The notes beneath the pieces were generated by a model. That model worked only from the letters and a program-made list of their open reading frames with translations, was not told the origin of the DNA and did not search any database. Below are positions 9,456 through 17,458 of a DNA stretch of 34,064 nt, one piece after another (position 1 is the first letter of the stretch; each line of letters starts with the position of its first letter). The position numbers and the translations under genes are program-made. Origin of the DNA: Actinomycetota bacterium (GTDB lineage: Bacteria > Actinomycetota > Actinomycetes > Propionibacteriales > Nocardioidaceae); contig JBKPNJ010000085.1 of the NCBI GenBank assembly GCA_046732575.1, positions 1 through 34,064 on the forward strand, read 5' to 3'.

Positions 9456-10195
9456 GCAGCGGCCTCGTATCGACCCTCGGTAACCGTCAGCTGGAGCCCG
9501 AGCAGCATCGCCCGGCCGCTGGTCCCACCCACCGCCCGCAGCGAGGCGAGTGCTGCCGCCGGATCGGCGCCACGATCGACCACATCGATCAACGCGGCGA
9601 GCGCTCCGACGCAGTAGCCCTCGCACGCATGACGGAGCAGGGCCGCGGAGAGCGCTGACGTCCGCGACCAGAGCCCCGCCGGGTCGCACCAGTCCGGGCA
9701 CGGCTCCATACCGAACGCGTTGAGCAGCACCAGCGACCCCACGAGCACGTCGTCGCCGGCCGGGGTGAGGCCCGGGCCGCGGCCGATCAAGCGCTCGGGC
9801 CGTCCGAGGTCCACCTGATCCAGCTGCACATCATCGGAACGTACGCGGGGCAGCTGAGCGACCCCGGCAAGGAATCGGCTCCGGTTCGCGATGCGGGGGC
9901 GGGGGGGAGCCCACCAGCGGTGGGGGCGCACGGTCTGGTTGCCGGCGACCAGCTTGCCGTCGCCGATCACCGCGGAGCCGCGCTCGCCGAGGTCGAGCTC
10001 CCCGTCGTACACCACCGAGCAGGGCAGCACTATCGCGCGGCTGCGCTGCAACGACACCACCCGAAAGCCCGGCGCCGACGTGGTCAGGTGCCATGCCACC
10101 TGGGTGCCGGAGACGGCGCGCAGTGATGTGGGCGGACCGTCGAACAGCGGCGCCAGCACCGAGCTGGCGGCGGCTGCCATCGGAGGACCCGGCAC
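9452..10195 (-). CDS. DUF2877 protein, YlbF (AllH)-like
   Basis: GRGPGLTPAGDDVLVG motif and a helical C-terminus typical of DUF2877. It is the first gene of the minus-strand trio. I prefer GTG 10195 as the start, with GGAAGGAG 5 nt upstream; ATG 10180 or ATG 10279 are alternatives. Codons upstream of 10195 have poor GC3. Confidence 0.7.
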   Translation of the reverse strand: MPGPPMAAAASSVLAPLFDGPPTSLRAVSGTQVAWHLTTSAPGFRVVSLQRSRAIVLPCSVVYDGELDLGERGSAVIGDGKLVAGNQTVRPHRWWAPPRPRIANRSRFLAGVAQLPRVRSDDVQLDQVDLGRPERLIGRGPGLTPAGDDVLVGSLVLLNAFGMEPCPDWCDPAGLWSRTSALSAALLRHACEGYCVGALAALIDVVDRGADPAAALASLRAVGGTSGRAMLLGLQLTVTEGRYEAAA

Positions 10196-10373
10196 CCTCG
10201 CTCCTTCCCGTCCGCCCAGCGCGGGAAACTCACATGCTAGCGGTGCCGTCGCAGGCAATGAGGACGCGTTTTCGGGCATGGTTGCCTCGACGGGACCGGT
10301 CACACGGGCTGGCGGCATCGACGGCGCCGGCGGGGAGATGCGGTGCGCGGCACCGCTGAAGGGTGGGACGGAC

Positions 10374-11783
10374 ATGGCGCTTGGGTGGAAGCTCGTACAC
10401 GACGGAAGGACACCGCCGCCAGGTGAGGCGGTCGCACCCGACGAGCGGCTTTCGTGGGGCCGCACGGTCGGCCTCGGCGCCCAGCACGTGGTGGCCATGT
10501 TCGGCGCAACCTTCGTGTTCCCGCTGATCATGGGCCTCAACCCGCAGCTCGCGATCATGATGAGCGGCATCGCCACGATCTGCTTCCTGCTGATCGTGCA
10601 GGGAAAGGTGCCGAGCTACCTCGGCACCAGCGCCTCCTTCGTCGGCGGTGTGGCAGCCATCCGGGCGCAGGGAGGCGACTCCGCCGACGTCACCGGCGCG
10701 ATTCTGATCGCGGGCTTCGTCCTGCTGCTGGTCGGGCTGCTGATCCACTTCGCCGGTCCTCATCTGCTGCAGGTCGTCCTGCCGCCTGCTGTGACCGGAG
10801 CGGTGGTCATGCTCATCGGGTTCAACCTCGCGCCGGTCGTGGCGCACATCTACTGGCCGCAGGACCAGTGGATCGCCTTCGCCACCATGACGTTCGTCAT
10901 CCTGGTGGCGGTCGGCGTCCGTGGCTTCTTCGGCCGCATCGCGATCTTCCTCGGTCTCGTCTTCGGGTACCTCCTGTCCTGGTTCGCCGACGCGGCCTTC
11001 GGACCGATCACGTCGTTCGACGCCGCGGCCGGCAAGGTGACCACGCATGACCGTGTGAGCTGGACGAGCGTGAAGGCGGCGGACTGGATCGGGCTCCCGC
11101 CGCACACCGACGACGCCGCGGGCGTGGTCGGCTGGCACTGGCCAAGCTTCTCGGTGACGTTCACCCTGCTGGTGCTCCCGGCCGTCATCGCCCTGGTCGC
11201 GGAGAACACCGGGCACGTGAAGGCTGTCGGTGAGATGACGCGCCGCGACCTCGACCCGGTGATGGGGCGGGCCATCGCCGCCGACGGTTTCGGCACCATG
11301 CTCGCCTCCTCCGTGGGCGGCTCACCGACGACCACGTACGCCGAGAACATCGGGGTGATGGCCGCGACGCGTGTGTACTCGACCGCCGCGTACTACGTCG
11401 CCGCCGTGGTCGCGATCCTCTTCGGGCTGTCACCGAAGTTCGGCGCCCTGGTGGCCTCGACCCCGGGGGGCGTGCTCGGCGGCATCACCGTCGTCCTCTA
11501 CGGCATGATCGGCCTGCTGGGTGCAAAGATCTGGAAGGAGAACGCCGTCGACTTCGGCAATCCGATCAACCTGGTTCCGCTCGCCGCAGGGATCATCATC
11601 GCGATCGGCGACACCTCGCTGAAGGTCACCGACGACTTCATCCTCTCCGGTATCGCCCTCGGGACACTGGTCGTCGTGGTGTTCTACCACCTGGCCCGGG
11701 CTGTGGCGCCCGCCCATCTGCGTGAGGATGGGACGGTGCTCAGCGTGGGCACGCCGGGAGCACACCGCACCGACGACGTCTGA
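10374..11783 (+). CDS. NCS2/NAT-family nucleobase permease, uracil-type
   Basis: LGAQHVVAMFGATFVFP and the NAT signature TYAENIGVMAATR, with Glu (not Gln) at the first signature position as in UraA/PyrP. Polytopic. ATG 10374 is preceded by GAAGGGTGGGA. Confidence 0.85.
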   Translation: MALGWKLVHDGRTPPPGEAVAPDERLSWGRTVGLGAQHVVAMFGATFVFPLIMGLNPQLAIMMSGIATICFLLIVQGKVPSYLGTSASFVGGVAAIRAQGGDSADVTGAILIAGFVLLLVGLLIHFAGPHLLQVVLPPAVTGAVVMLIGFNLAPVVAHIYWPQDQWIAFATMTFVILVAVGVRGFFGRIAIFLGLVFGYLLSWFADAAFGPITSFDAAAGKVTTHDRVSWTSVKAADWIGLPPHTDDAAGVVGWHWPSFSVTFTLLVLPAVIALVAENTGHVKAVGEMTRRDLDPVMGRAIAADGFGTMLASSVGGSPTTTYAENIGVMAATRVYSTAAYYVAAVVAILFGLSPKFGALVASTPGGVLGGITVVLYGMIGLLGAKIWKENAVDFGNPINLVPLAAGIIIAIGDTSLKVTDDFILSGIALGTLVVVVFYHLARAVAPAHLREDGTVLSVGTPGAHRTDDV

Positions 11784-11802
11784 ACCGAGGCAGACCGCGA
11801 CC

Positions 11803-12681
11803 GTGAAGCCGTCCCCCTTCACCTATCACCGGCCCCACTCCGTCGACGAAGCGCTGACCGTGCTCGCGGAGGTGGCCGCGGACGGCAAGGTGCTCGCCGG
11901 CGGGCAGAGCCTCGTCCCGCTGCTGTCGATGCGGCTGGCGGCGCCCGCGCACCTTGTCGACATCAACCACATCCCCGGTCTTGACTCGATCGAGGTCGCA
12001 GACGGGCTGGTACGCATCGGGGCGGCCGTGCGTCACGCCGCGCTCGAGCACAGCGACGCTGCTGCAAGCGCGATCCCGCTTCTGCGGCAGACGGTCACCT
12101 GGATCGCGCATCCCACCATCCGTAACCGTGGCACGAGCCTGGGCAGCATCGTGCACGCCGACCCCGCCGGCGAGCTCCCGGCCGTGCTGGCCCTCCTCGA
12201 CGGCGAGGTGGAGGCAGCAAGCACGAGCGGTCGTCGGCGCATCGCCGCCGCAGAGTTCTTCCTCGGGCCGCTGGAGAGCGCGCTGGTCCCCGGTGAGCTG
12301 GCGGTCACCGCCACCTTCCGTGTGCCCGCGCCGGGCAGCGGCTCGGCGTGGACCGAGGTCGCGCGCCGGCACGGCGACTACGCTGTGTGCGGAGTGGGAG
12401 CCACCGTGACCGTTGACGACGACCGGATCGTCACCGCTGCCCGGGTCGCGCTGATCTCGGTCGGTCCCGTACCGGTCCTCGTCGACCTGGCCGAGCAGCT
12501 GACGGGGCAGGACGCCGACCACCTCGACGTCGGCGATGCAACCGCGATGGTGCTGAGCCGCATCGACGCGGAGGACGACATCCACGCCAGCGCGCGCTAC
12601 CGCCGACAGCTCGCCCAGGTGCTGACCGGCCGGGCCCTGCGCGCGGCCGTTCGCCACGGGACCGGCCTGGCGGCGGCGTGA
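11803..12681 (+). CDS. Molybdenum hydroxylase FAD-binding (medium, CoxM/XdhB-like) subunit
   Basis: VKPSPFTYHRPHSVDEAL...LAGGQSLVPLLSMRL is the canonical FAD-binding subunit N-terminus. GTG start at 11803. The stop overlaps the next start (GTGA at 12678-12681). Confidence 0.88.
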   Translation: MKPSPFTYHRPHSVDEALTVLAEVAADGKVLAGGQSLVPLLSMRLAAPAHLVDINHIPGLDSIEVADGLVRIGAAVRHAALEHSDAAASAIPLLRQTVTWIAHPTIRNRGTSLGSIVHADPAGELPAVLALLDGEVEAASTSGRRRIAAAEFFLGPLESALVPGELAVTATFRVPAPGSGSAWTEVARRHGDYAVCGVGATVTVDDDRIVTAARVALISVGPVPVLVDLAEQLTGQDADHLDVGDATAMVLSRIDAEDDIHASARYRRQLAQVLTGRALRAAVRHGTGLAAA

Positions 12682-13172
12682 GCGCGCCGCCGGTCGAGAG
12701 CGTCCACCACATCACCCTCCTCGTCAACGGGGTGCCGCTCGAGCTGACGGTGCCGGCACGCCGGCTGCTGTCCGACGCACTGCGTCACGACCTGCGGTTG
12801 ACCGGTACGCACGTGGGCTGTGAGCACGGCGTGTGCGGAGCTTGCACGGTGCTGGTCGACGGCCGGCCGACCCGGTCCTGCCTGGTCTTCGCGGTGAGTG
12901 TGGAAGGCTCCTCGATCACCACCGTGGAAGGGTGCTGCGAGACCGACGGCTCGATGGGCCGCGTGCAGCGGGCATTCCAGCGCTGCCATGCACTGCAGTG
13001 CGGGTTCTGCACGCCGGGGTTCGTCACCACGATCACCGCGTTCCTGCGCGACAACCCCGACCCGAGCGACGCCGATGCCCGCGAGGCGATCGCCGGCAAC
13101 CTCTGCCGCTGCACGGGATACCAGAACATCGTCGCGGCCGTGCTCAGCGCCGCCCGGGACGGCTCGCCGTGA
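12678..13172 (+). CDS. Molybdenum hydroxylase 2x[2Fe-2S] (small, CoxS/XdhC-iron-sulfur-like) subunit
   Basis: GCEHGVCGACTV (plant-type cluster) and QCGFCTPG...NLCRCTGYQNI (second cluster). Confidence 0.92.
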   Translation: MSAPPVESVHHITLLVNGVPLELTVPARRLLSDALRHDLRLTGTHVGCEHGVCGACTVLVDGRPTRSCLVFAVSVEGSSITTVEGCCETDGSMGRVQRAFQRCHALQCGFCTPGFVTTITAFLRDNPDPSDADAREAIAGNLCRCTGYQNIVAAVLSAARDGSP

Positions 13173-15616
13173 CCACCAGGATGCTGGGCCAACCGGTGCA
13201 GCGCGCGGAGGACCCACGGCTGCTCACCGGCAACGGCCGCTACCTCGACGACCTCGGCCAGACCGCGTATGCCGCTGCGTTCCTCCGCTCTCCACACGCC
13301 CACGCCCGGATCGCGTCCGTCGACGTCAGCGACGCGCTCGAGGTCGAGGGGCTGATCGCGATCTACACCCACGAGGACCTCGAGGGCCGGGCGGCCGAGC
13401 CGCTGCCGCTGCTGATCCCGCACCCGTCGCTGTCGCACGGCCGCACCCCGTACGCCCTTGCGCGCGACGAGGTCAACCACGTCGGTGAGGCGATAGCGAT
13501 GGTGGTGGCCAGCGACCGGTACGTCGCCGAGGACGTTCTGGAGCGGATCACTGTCGAGTACGACTTCCTGACCCCTGTCGTCGGCCTGGAGTCGTCTCGC
13601 GCCGCCGAGAGCCTGGTGCACGACGACGTGCCCGGCAACGTCGCCGCACACCTGCTCCAGGAGACCGGGAACGCCGAGGCGGCCATCGACGCCGCGCCGC
13701 ACCAGCTGTCGCTGGACCTCTCGATCGAGCGCAGTGCATCCACGCCGATGGAGGGCAAGGGCGTCCTCGCCAGGTGGGACCCCGACGACCGGTCGCTTCT
13801 CGTGCACACCTCCACCCAGACCTCCACCAGCGTCCGTCAGGCCATCGCGGCCAAGCTCGAGCTGCCGGTCGACCGGGTGGAGGTGGTGACGCCGGACGTG
13901 GGAGGCGGTTTCGGCGTCAAGATCGTGCATCCGTGGCCGGAGGAGATCATGGTCCCCTGGGCCGCGATCAGGCTCGGGCATCCGGTCAAGTGGGTCGAGG
14001 ACCGCCGTGAGCACTTCATCTCCAGCGCGCACGAACGGGCCCAGCTGCACCAGGTCCGAGTCGGCTTCGACGACAACGGTCGGCTGCAGGGGCTGTCGGT
14101 GCGGTTCTGGCACGACAACGGGGCCTACACGCCGTACGGCCTGATCGTGCCGATCATCACCGCCACGCAGCTCCTGGGACCATACAAGCCGGGGCCGTAC
14201 CGGGTGGAGTTCTGGAGCATCTACACCAACACGGTGATCGTGACGCCGTACCGTGGTGCCGGCCGGCCACAGGGATGCTTCGTGATGGAGCGAACGCTCG
14301 ACGCCATCGCCGACGAGCTGGGTATCGACCGGGCGGTGGTCCGCGCCAACAACTTCATCCAGCCCGGGGAGATGCCGTACGACCACGGCCTGCTGTTCCA
14401 GGACGGTCGTCCGCTGATCTACGACTCGGGCGACTTCCCGGCCACGCTGGCCAAGCTCCGCGCTCTGGTCGGCTGGGACGACTTCGAGGTCTACCGGGAC
14501 CATGCCCGGGCAGAGGGCCGGACGGTCGGCATCGGGATGGGCTGCTACGTCGAGGGCACCGGCGTCGGACCGTACGAAGGTGGACACCTGCGGATCGAGA
14601 CCGACGGCACGGTTGTGGTGTCCACCGGACTGACCAGCCAGGGGCAGGGCCATCAGACGATGCTCGCCCAGCTTGTGTCCGACGAGCTCGGGGTGCCGTT
14701 CGACCGGATCCGGGTGACCACCGGGGACACCCGCAGGTTCAAGTACGCGGTCGGAACCTTCGCCTCCCGTACCGCGGTGATGAGCGGGAGCGCGGTCGCC
14801 TTGACCGCCCGCAAGGTGCGCGCCAAGGCACTGCGGATCGCCGCGCAGGCACTCGAGGCCGACCCCGACGATCTGGAGATCGTCGCCGGGATGGTCCGGG
14901 TCAGGGGAGCCCCGGCGGCGGAGATCGACCTCGGCGCGGTCGCCGTCTTGTCGAACCCGCTGCGCTACGCCTTCGACGAGGCGGCGTCGCGGGCGACGCA
15001 GTTCGTGACGTCGGTCGATCCGGACATGCCACCGGTCGCGTTGGGCGACGAGCCCGGGCTGGAGGGCACCGCGTACTACTCGCCGCCGCGCTCGACGTTC
15101 GCCAACGGCATGCACGCCGTCGTGGTGGAGACCGACCCGGAGACCGCGGAGATCACGGTGCTGCGGTACTGCGTCGTGCACGACTGCGGCACCGTCATCA
15201 ACCCGATGATCCTCGAGGGCCAGATCCACGGTGGCGTGGCGCAGGGGGTGGGCGGCGCACTCTACGAGCGGATGGTCTACGACTCGTCGGGCCAGCTGCT
15301 CAATGCCAGCTTCATGGACTTCCTGATGCCGTACGTCACCGAGGTGCCGCCGATCGAGATCGACCACCTCGAGACGCCCTCGCCGTTGAACCCGCTCGGC
15401 GTCAAGGGGGCGGGGGAGGCGGGTGTGATCCCCGGCTCGGCAGCTGTCGCGGCGGCGATCGAGGACGCGGAGGGGTTCCGGATCACCGCGATGCCGATCT
15501 CGCCCAGCGAGCTGTTCGACCTTCGCCGCGGCGCCCTCGAGGGCCGGGTTCCGTGGCTGCGCGGGAGGCGTCCGGCGGACGTCGCGGACGGTTCATCCGC
15601 GGCAGGCGGCTCGTGA
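13169..15616 (+). CDS. Molybdenum hydroxylase molybdopterin-binding (large, form-II CoxL-like) subunit
   Basis: N-terminus MLGQPVQRAEDPRLLTGNGRYLDD, DVGGGFGVK, and the active-site loop TPYRGAGRPQG (YRGAGR at 14249-14266). The start is GTG 13169 (GTGA overlap) or ATG 13181. Confidence 0.9.
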   Translation: MTTRMLGQPVQRAEDPRLLTGNGRYLDDLGQTAYAAAFLRSPHAHARIASVDVSDALEVEGLIAIYTHEDLEGRAAEPLPLLIPHPSLSHGRTPYALARDEVNHVGEAIAMVVASDRYVAEDVLERITVEYDFLTPVVGLESSRAAESLVHDDVPGNVAAHLLQETGNAEAAIDAAPHQLSLDLSIERSASTPMEGKGVLARWDPDDRSLLVHTSTQTSTSVRQAIAAKLELPVDRVEVVTPDVGGGFGVKIVHPWPEEIMVPWAAIRLGHPVKWVEDRREHFISSAHERAQLHQVRVGFDDNGRLQGLSVRFWHDNGAYTPYGLIVPIITATQLLGPYKPGPYRVEFWSIYTNTVIVTPYRGAGRPQGCFVMERTLDAIADELGIDRAVVRANNFIQPGEMPYDHGLLFQDGRPLIYDSGDFPATLAKLRALVGWDDFEVYRDHARAEGRTVGIGMGCYVEGTGVGPYEGGHLRIETDGTVVVSTGLTSQGQGHQTMLAQLVSDELGVPFDRIRVTTGDTRRFKYAVGTFASRTAVMSGSAVALTARKVRAKALRIAAQALEADPDDLEIVAGMVRVRGAPAAEIDLGAVAVLSNPLRYAFDEAASRATQFVTSVDPDMPPVALGDEPGLEGTAYYSPPRSTFANGMHAVVVETDPETAEITVLRYCVVHDCGTVINPMILEGQIHGGVAQGVGGALYERMVYDSSGQLLNASFMDFLMPYVTEVPPIEIDHLETPSPLNPLGVKGAGEAGVIPGSAAVAAAIEDAEGFRITAMPISPSELFDLRRGALEGRVPWLRGRRPADVADGSSAAGGS

Positions 15617-15841
15617 CCGGTCGTCCACCCGATCGGCGCGGGTCGCTCCCGATGGACGGCTACGGAAGCGTCACTGCGCAGGCCGTCCGCGGGCTGGCGG
15701 CTCACGGGGAGTCGACACTGAGCCCGGCGACGCCTCCGGGCGCCGGGCCCGGCGCCGATCCCGGGCCCCGCACGCTGCCTGAGACTCCGAGCCGGGGAAC
15801 CGGCGGGTCGTCTCGCCCGCGGAATGCCACACTTGACCACC

Positions 15842-16483
15842 ATGAAGGTCTCCGGCACCGCAACCCTGAACGGATCCCGCGAGAACGTGTGGCGGGCGCT
15901 CAACGACCCCGAGGTGCTGGTGCGGACCATCCCCGGATGTCAGCAACTGGAGACCATCGACCAGGACGCCTACCGGATGACGCTCACGGCCGGTGTCGCC
16001 TCCATCAAGGGCGTCTACCAGGGCGAGGTGCGCCTGGAGGACCACGACGAACCCGGCTCCTTCACGCTCCGGGCGGCGGGATCCGGCGCGCCGGGAACCG
16101 TCAGCGCCGACGTCAAGGTCAGGCTGGACCAGGGACCGACGGGCACGACCCTGCTGAGCTATGACGCCGATGCGATCGTCGGGGGGATGATCGGCGGCGT
16201 CGGTCAGCGGATGCTGACCGGGGTGGCGAAGAAGACTGCCGGTGAGTTCTTCGGCAACGTCGACGATGTGCTCACCGGTGTCGCCCGGTCGCCAGCCCAC
16301 GGCGAGACCGGCACTCCCGCGGCGCGCGAGCGGGCGACGGATCGGGTCTTCCGCTCACCGGCGGCACAGCCGGCCGGTTCGGTCACGGGCGCTGACTTCA
16401 GGGCCGGCGTCGTCGCCGGCGCGCTGGCTGCGCTCCTCGGAGCGGTCGTCGGAGGATGGCTGTCGGGGCGCCGCCGCACCTGA
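15842..16483 (+). CDS. CoxG-like SRPBCC protein with a C-terminal transmembrane tail
   Basis: MKVSGTATLNGSRENVWRALNDPEVL...IKGVYQGEV...GGVGQRML is typical CoxG. An Ala/Pro/Gly linker follows, then GVVAGALAALLGAVVGGWL-SGRRRT. The alternative start is ATG 15824. Confidence 0.8.
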   Translation: MKVSGTATLNGSRENVWRALNDPEVLVRTIPGCQQLETIDQDAYRMTLTAGVASIKGVYQGEVRLEDHDEPGSFTLRAAGSGAPGTVSADVKVRLDQGPTGTTLLSYDADAIVGGMIGGVGQRMLTGVAKKTAGEFFGNVDDVLTGVARSPAHGETGTPAARERATDRVFRSPAAQPAGSVTGADFRAGVVAGALAALLGAVVGGWLSGRRRT

Positions 16484-16549
16484 TCGGGCGAACCGGACGG
16501 AGATCTGCCAGACCAGGGATCCAGACAACGTGAGACACGAGGAACCGAG

Positions 16550-17458
16550 ATGCGAGCATTCACCGCCGCAGCAGTGCAGGTCCGGCCGCTGCACGCACCG
16601 CTGACCAGGGACAGCATCGAGGCGAACGTCGGACACTGCGTGGACTACGTGCACCGCTGCGTCACCGACACCGCCGCCGAGCTGGTGGTGCTGCCGGAGA
16701 CCTGCACGACGGGGTTCACCCCCGGCCTCGGTCCGGAAGAGCTGTTCGAGGTCATCGGGCCGTTCGTCCAAGGGGCCACAGAGCCTCTGCACGCAGCCGC
16801 AGCCGACCTCGGGATACACCTGGTCTACGGAGCGTACGAGCGCGGTCCGGAGCCCGGTGTCGTGTACAACGCCGCGGTGCTCGTCGGCCCGGACGGCGGC
16901 ACGCTGGGCGTCTACCGCAAGACGCACCCGTTCTGCACCGAGACCCGGGCACGCGGGGGGTGGGTGACTCCGGGGGACGACGTATGCGTCGTGCAGACCG
17001 ACCTGGGCCGGATCGGGCTGATCATCTGCTTCGACGGTGACTTTCCCGAGCTGTCGAGGATCAACGCGCTGGAGGGCGCCGACGTCATCTGCCGGCCGTC
17101 GGCGCTGCTGCGCAGCGCCGACATCTGGGAGCTGACCAACCGGGCGCGTGCCTACGACAATCATGTCTTCCTGATCGGCGCCAACGCGGTGGGCGTCGAC
17201 CCGGCCGGCGTGCTCTACTTCGGCAACTCGATGATCGTCACGCCGATAGCGGAGGTCATCGCCCGTGGCTCCACGCACGAGTCATGGGTGACCGCGGTGC
17301 TCGACCCCGACCGTGCCCTGTCGTCGCTGACCCCGGGCTCCAGCGTGCCGCAGGGCTTCGACCACCTGGCGGACCGCAATCTCGACCTGCTGGCGAAGTA
17401 CGCCGACAGGCTGGCCGGTCCGGGCGCGACGTCGTTCCCGTTCGGCAGCGAGGCGTGA
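16550..17458 (+). CDS. Carbon-nitrogen hydrolase (nitrilase superfamily) amidase/carbamoylase
   Basis: Catalytic triad contexts VVLPE, VYRKTHPF and GLIICFDGDFPE. This superfamily includes N-carbamoyl-D-amino-acid hydrolase and beta-ureidopropionase. Confidence 0.85.
   Translation: MRAFTAAAVQVRPLHAPLTRDSIEANVGHCVDYVHRCVTDTAAELVVLPETCTTGFTPGLGPEELFEVIGPFVQGATEPLHAAAADLGIHLVYGAYERGPEPGVVYNAAVLVGPDGGTLGVYRKTHPFCTETRARGGWVTPGDDVCVVQTDLGRIGLIICFDGDFPELSRINALEGADVICRPSALLRSADIWELTNRARAYDNHVFLIGANAVGVDPAGVLYFGNSMIVTPIAEVIARGSTHESWVTAVLDPDRALSSLTPGSSVPQGFDHLADRNLDLLAKYADRLAGPGATSFPFGSEA

Noticed and set aside
9456-9701. 82-codon N-terminal extension of the FdrA-like ORF
   Set aside because: It overlaps the C-terminal coding region of the DUF2877 gene. 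The FdrA-conserved sequence (SGAYHDSVTLMQVS) starts right after ATG 9455, which forms an ATGA junction.
10234-10359. 41-codon upstream ORF (MLAVPSQAMRTRFRAWLPRRDRSHGLAASTAPAGRCGARHR) in the permease leader
   Set aside because: It has no Shine-Dalgarno, poor third-position GC at its 5' end, and Arg-rich composition like the background frames. It may still matter if the leader is translated, but I cannot support it as a gene.
12785-15367. 860-aa ORF on the minus strand
   Set aside because: It is fully antisense to the molybdopterin subunit, whose motifs (GGGFG, YRGAGR) are unambiguous. The product is Arg/Gly/Pro/His-rich low-complexity sequence typical of stop-codon-poor antisense frames in high-GC DNA.
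11803-16483. Interpretation as a genuine aerobic CO dehydrogenase (coxMSL-coxG) operon
   Set aside because: The large subunit has YRGAGR instead of the Cu-binding AYxCSFR loop. No coxD/E/F maturation genes are present. The genes are sandwiched between a nucleobase permease and ureide-degrading enzymes.
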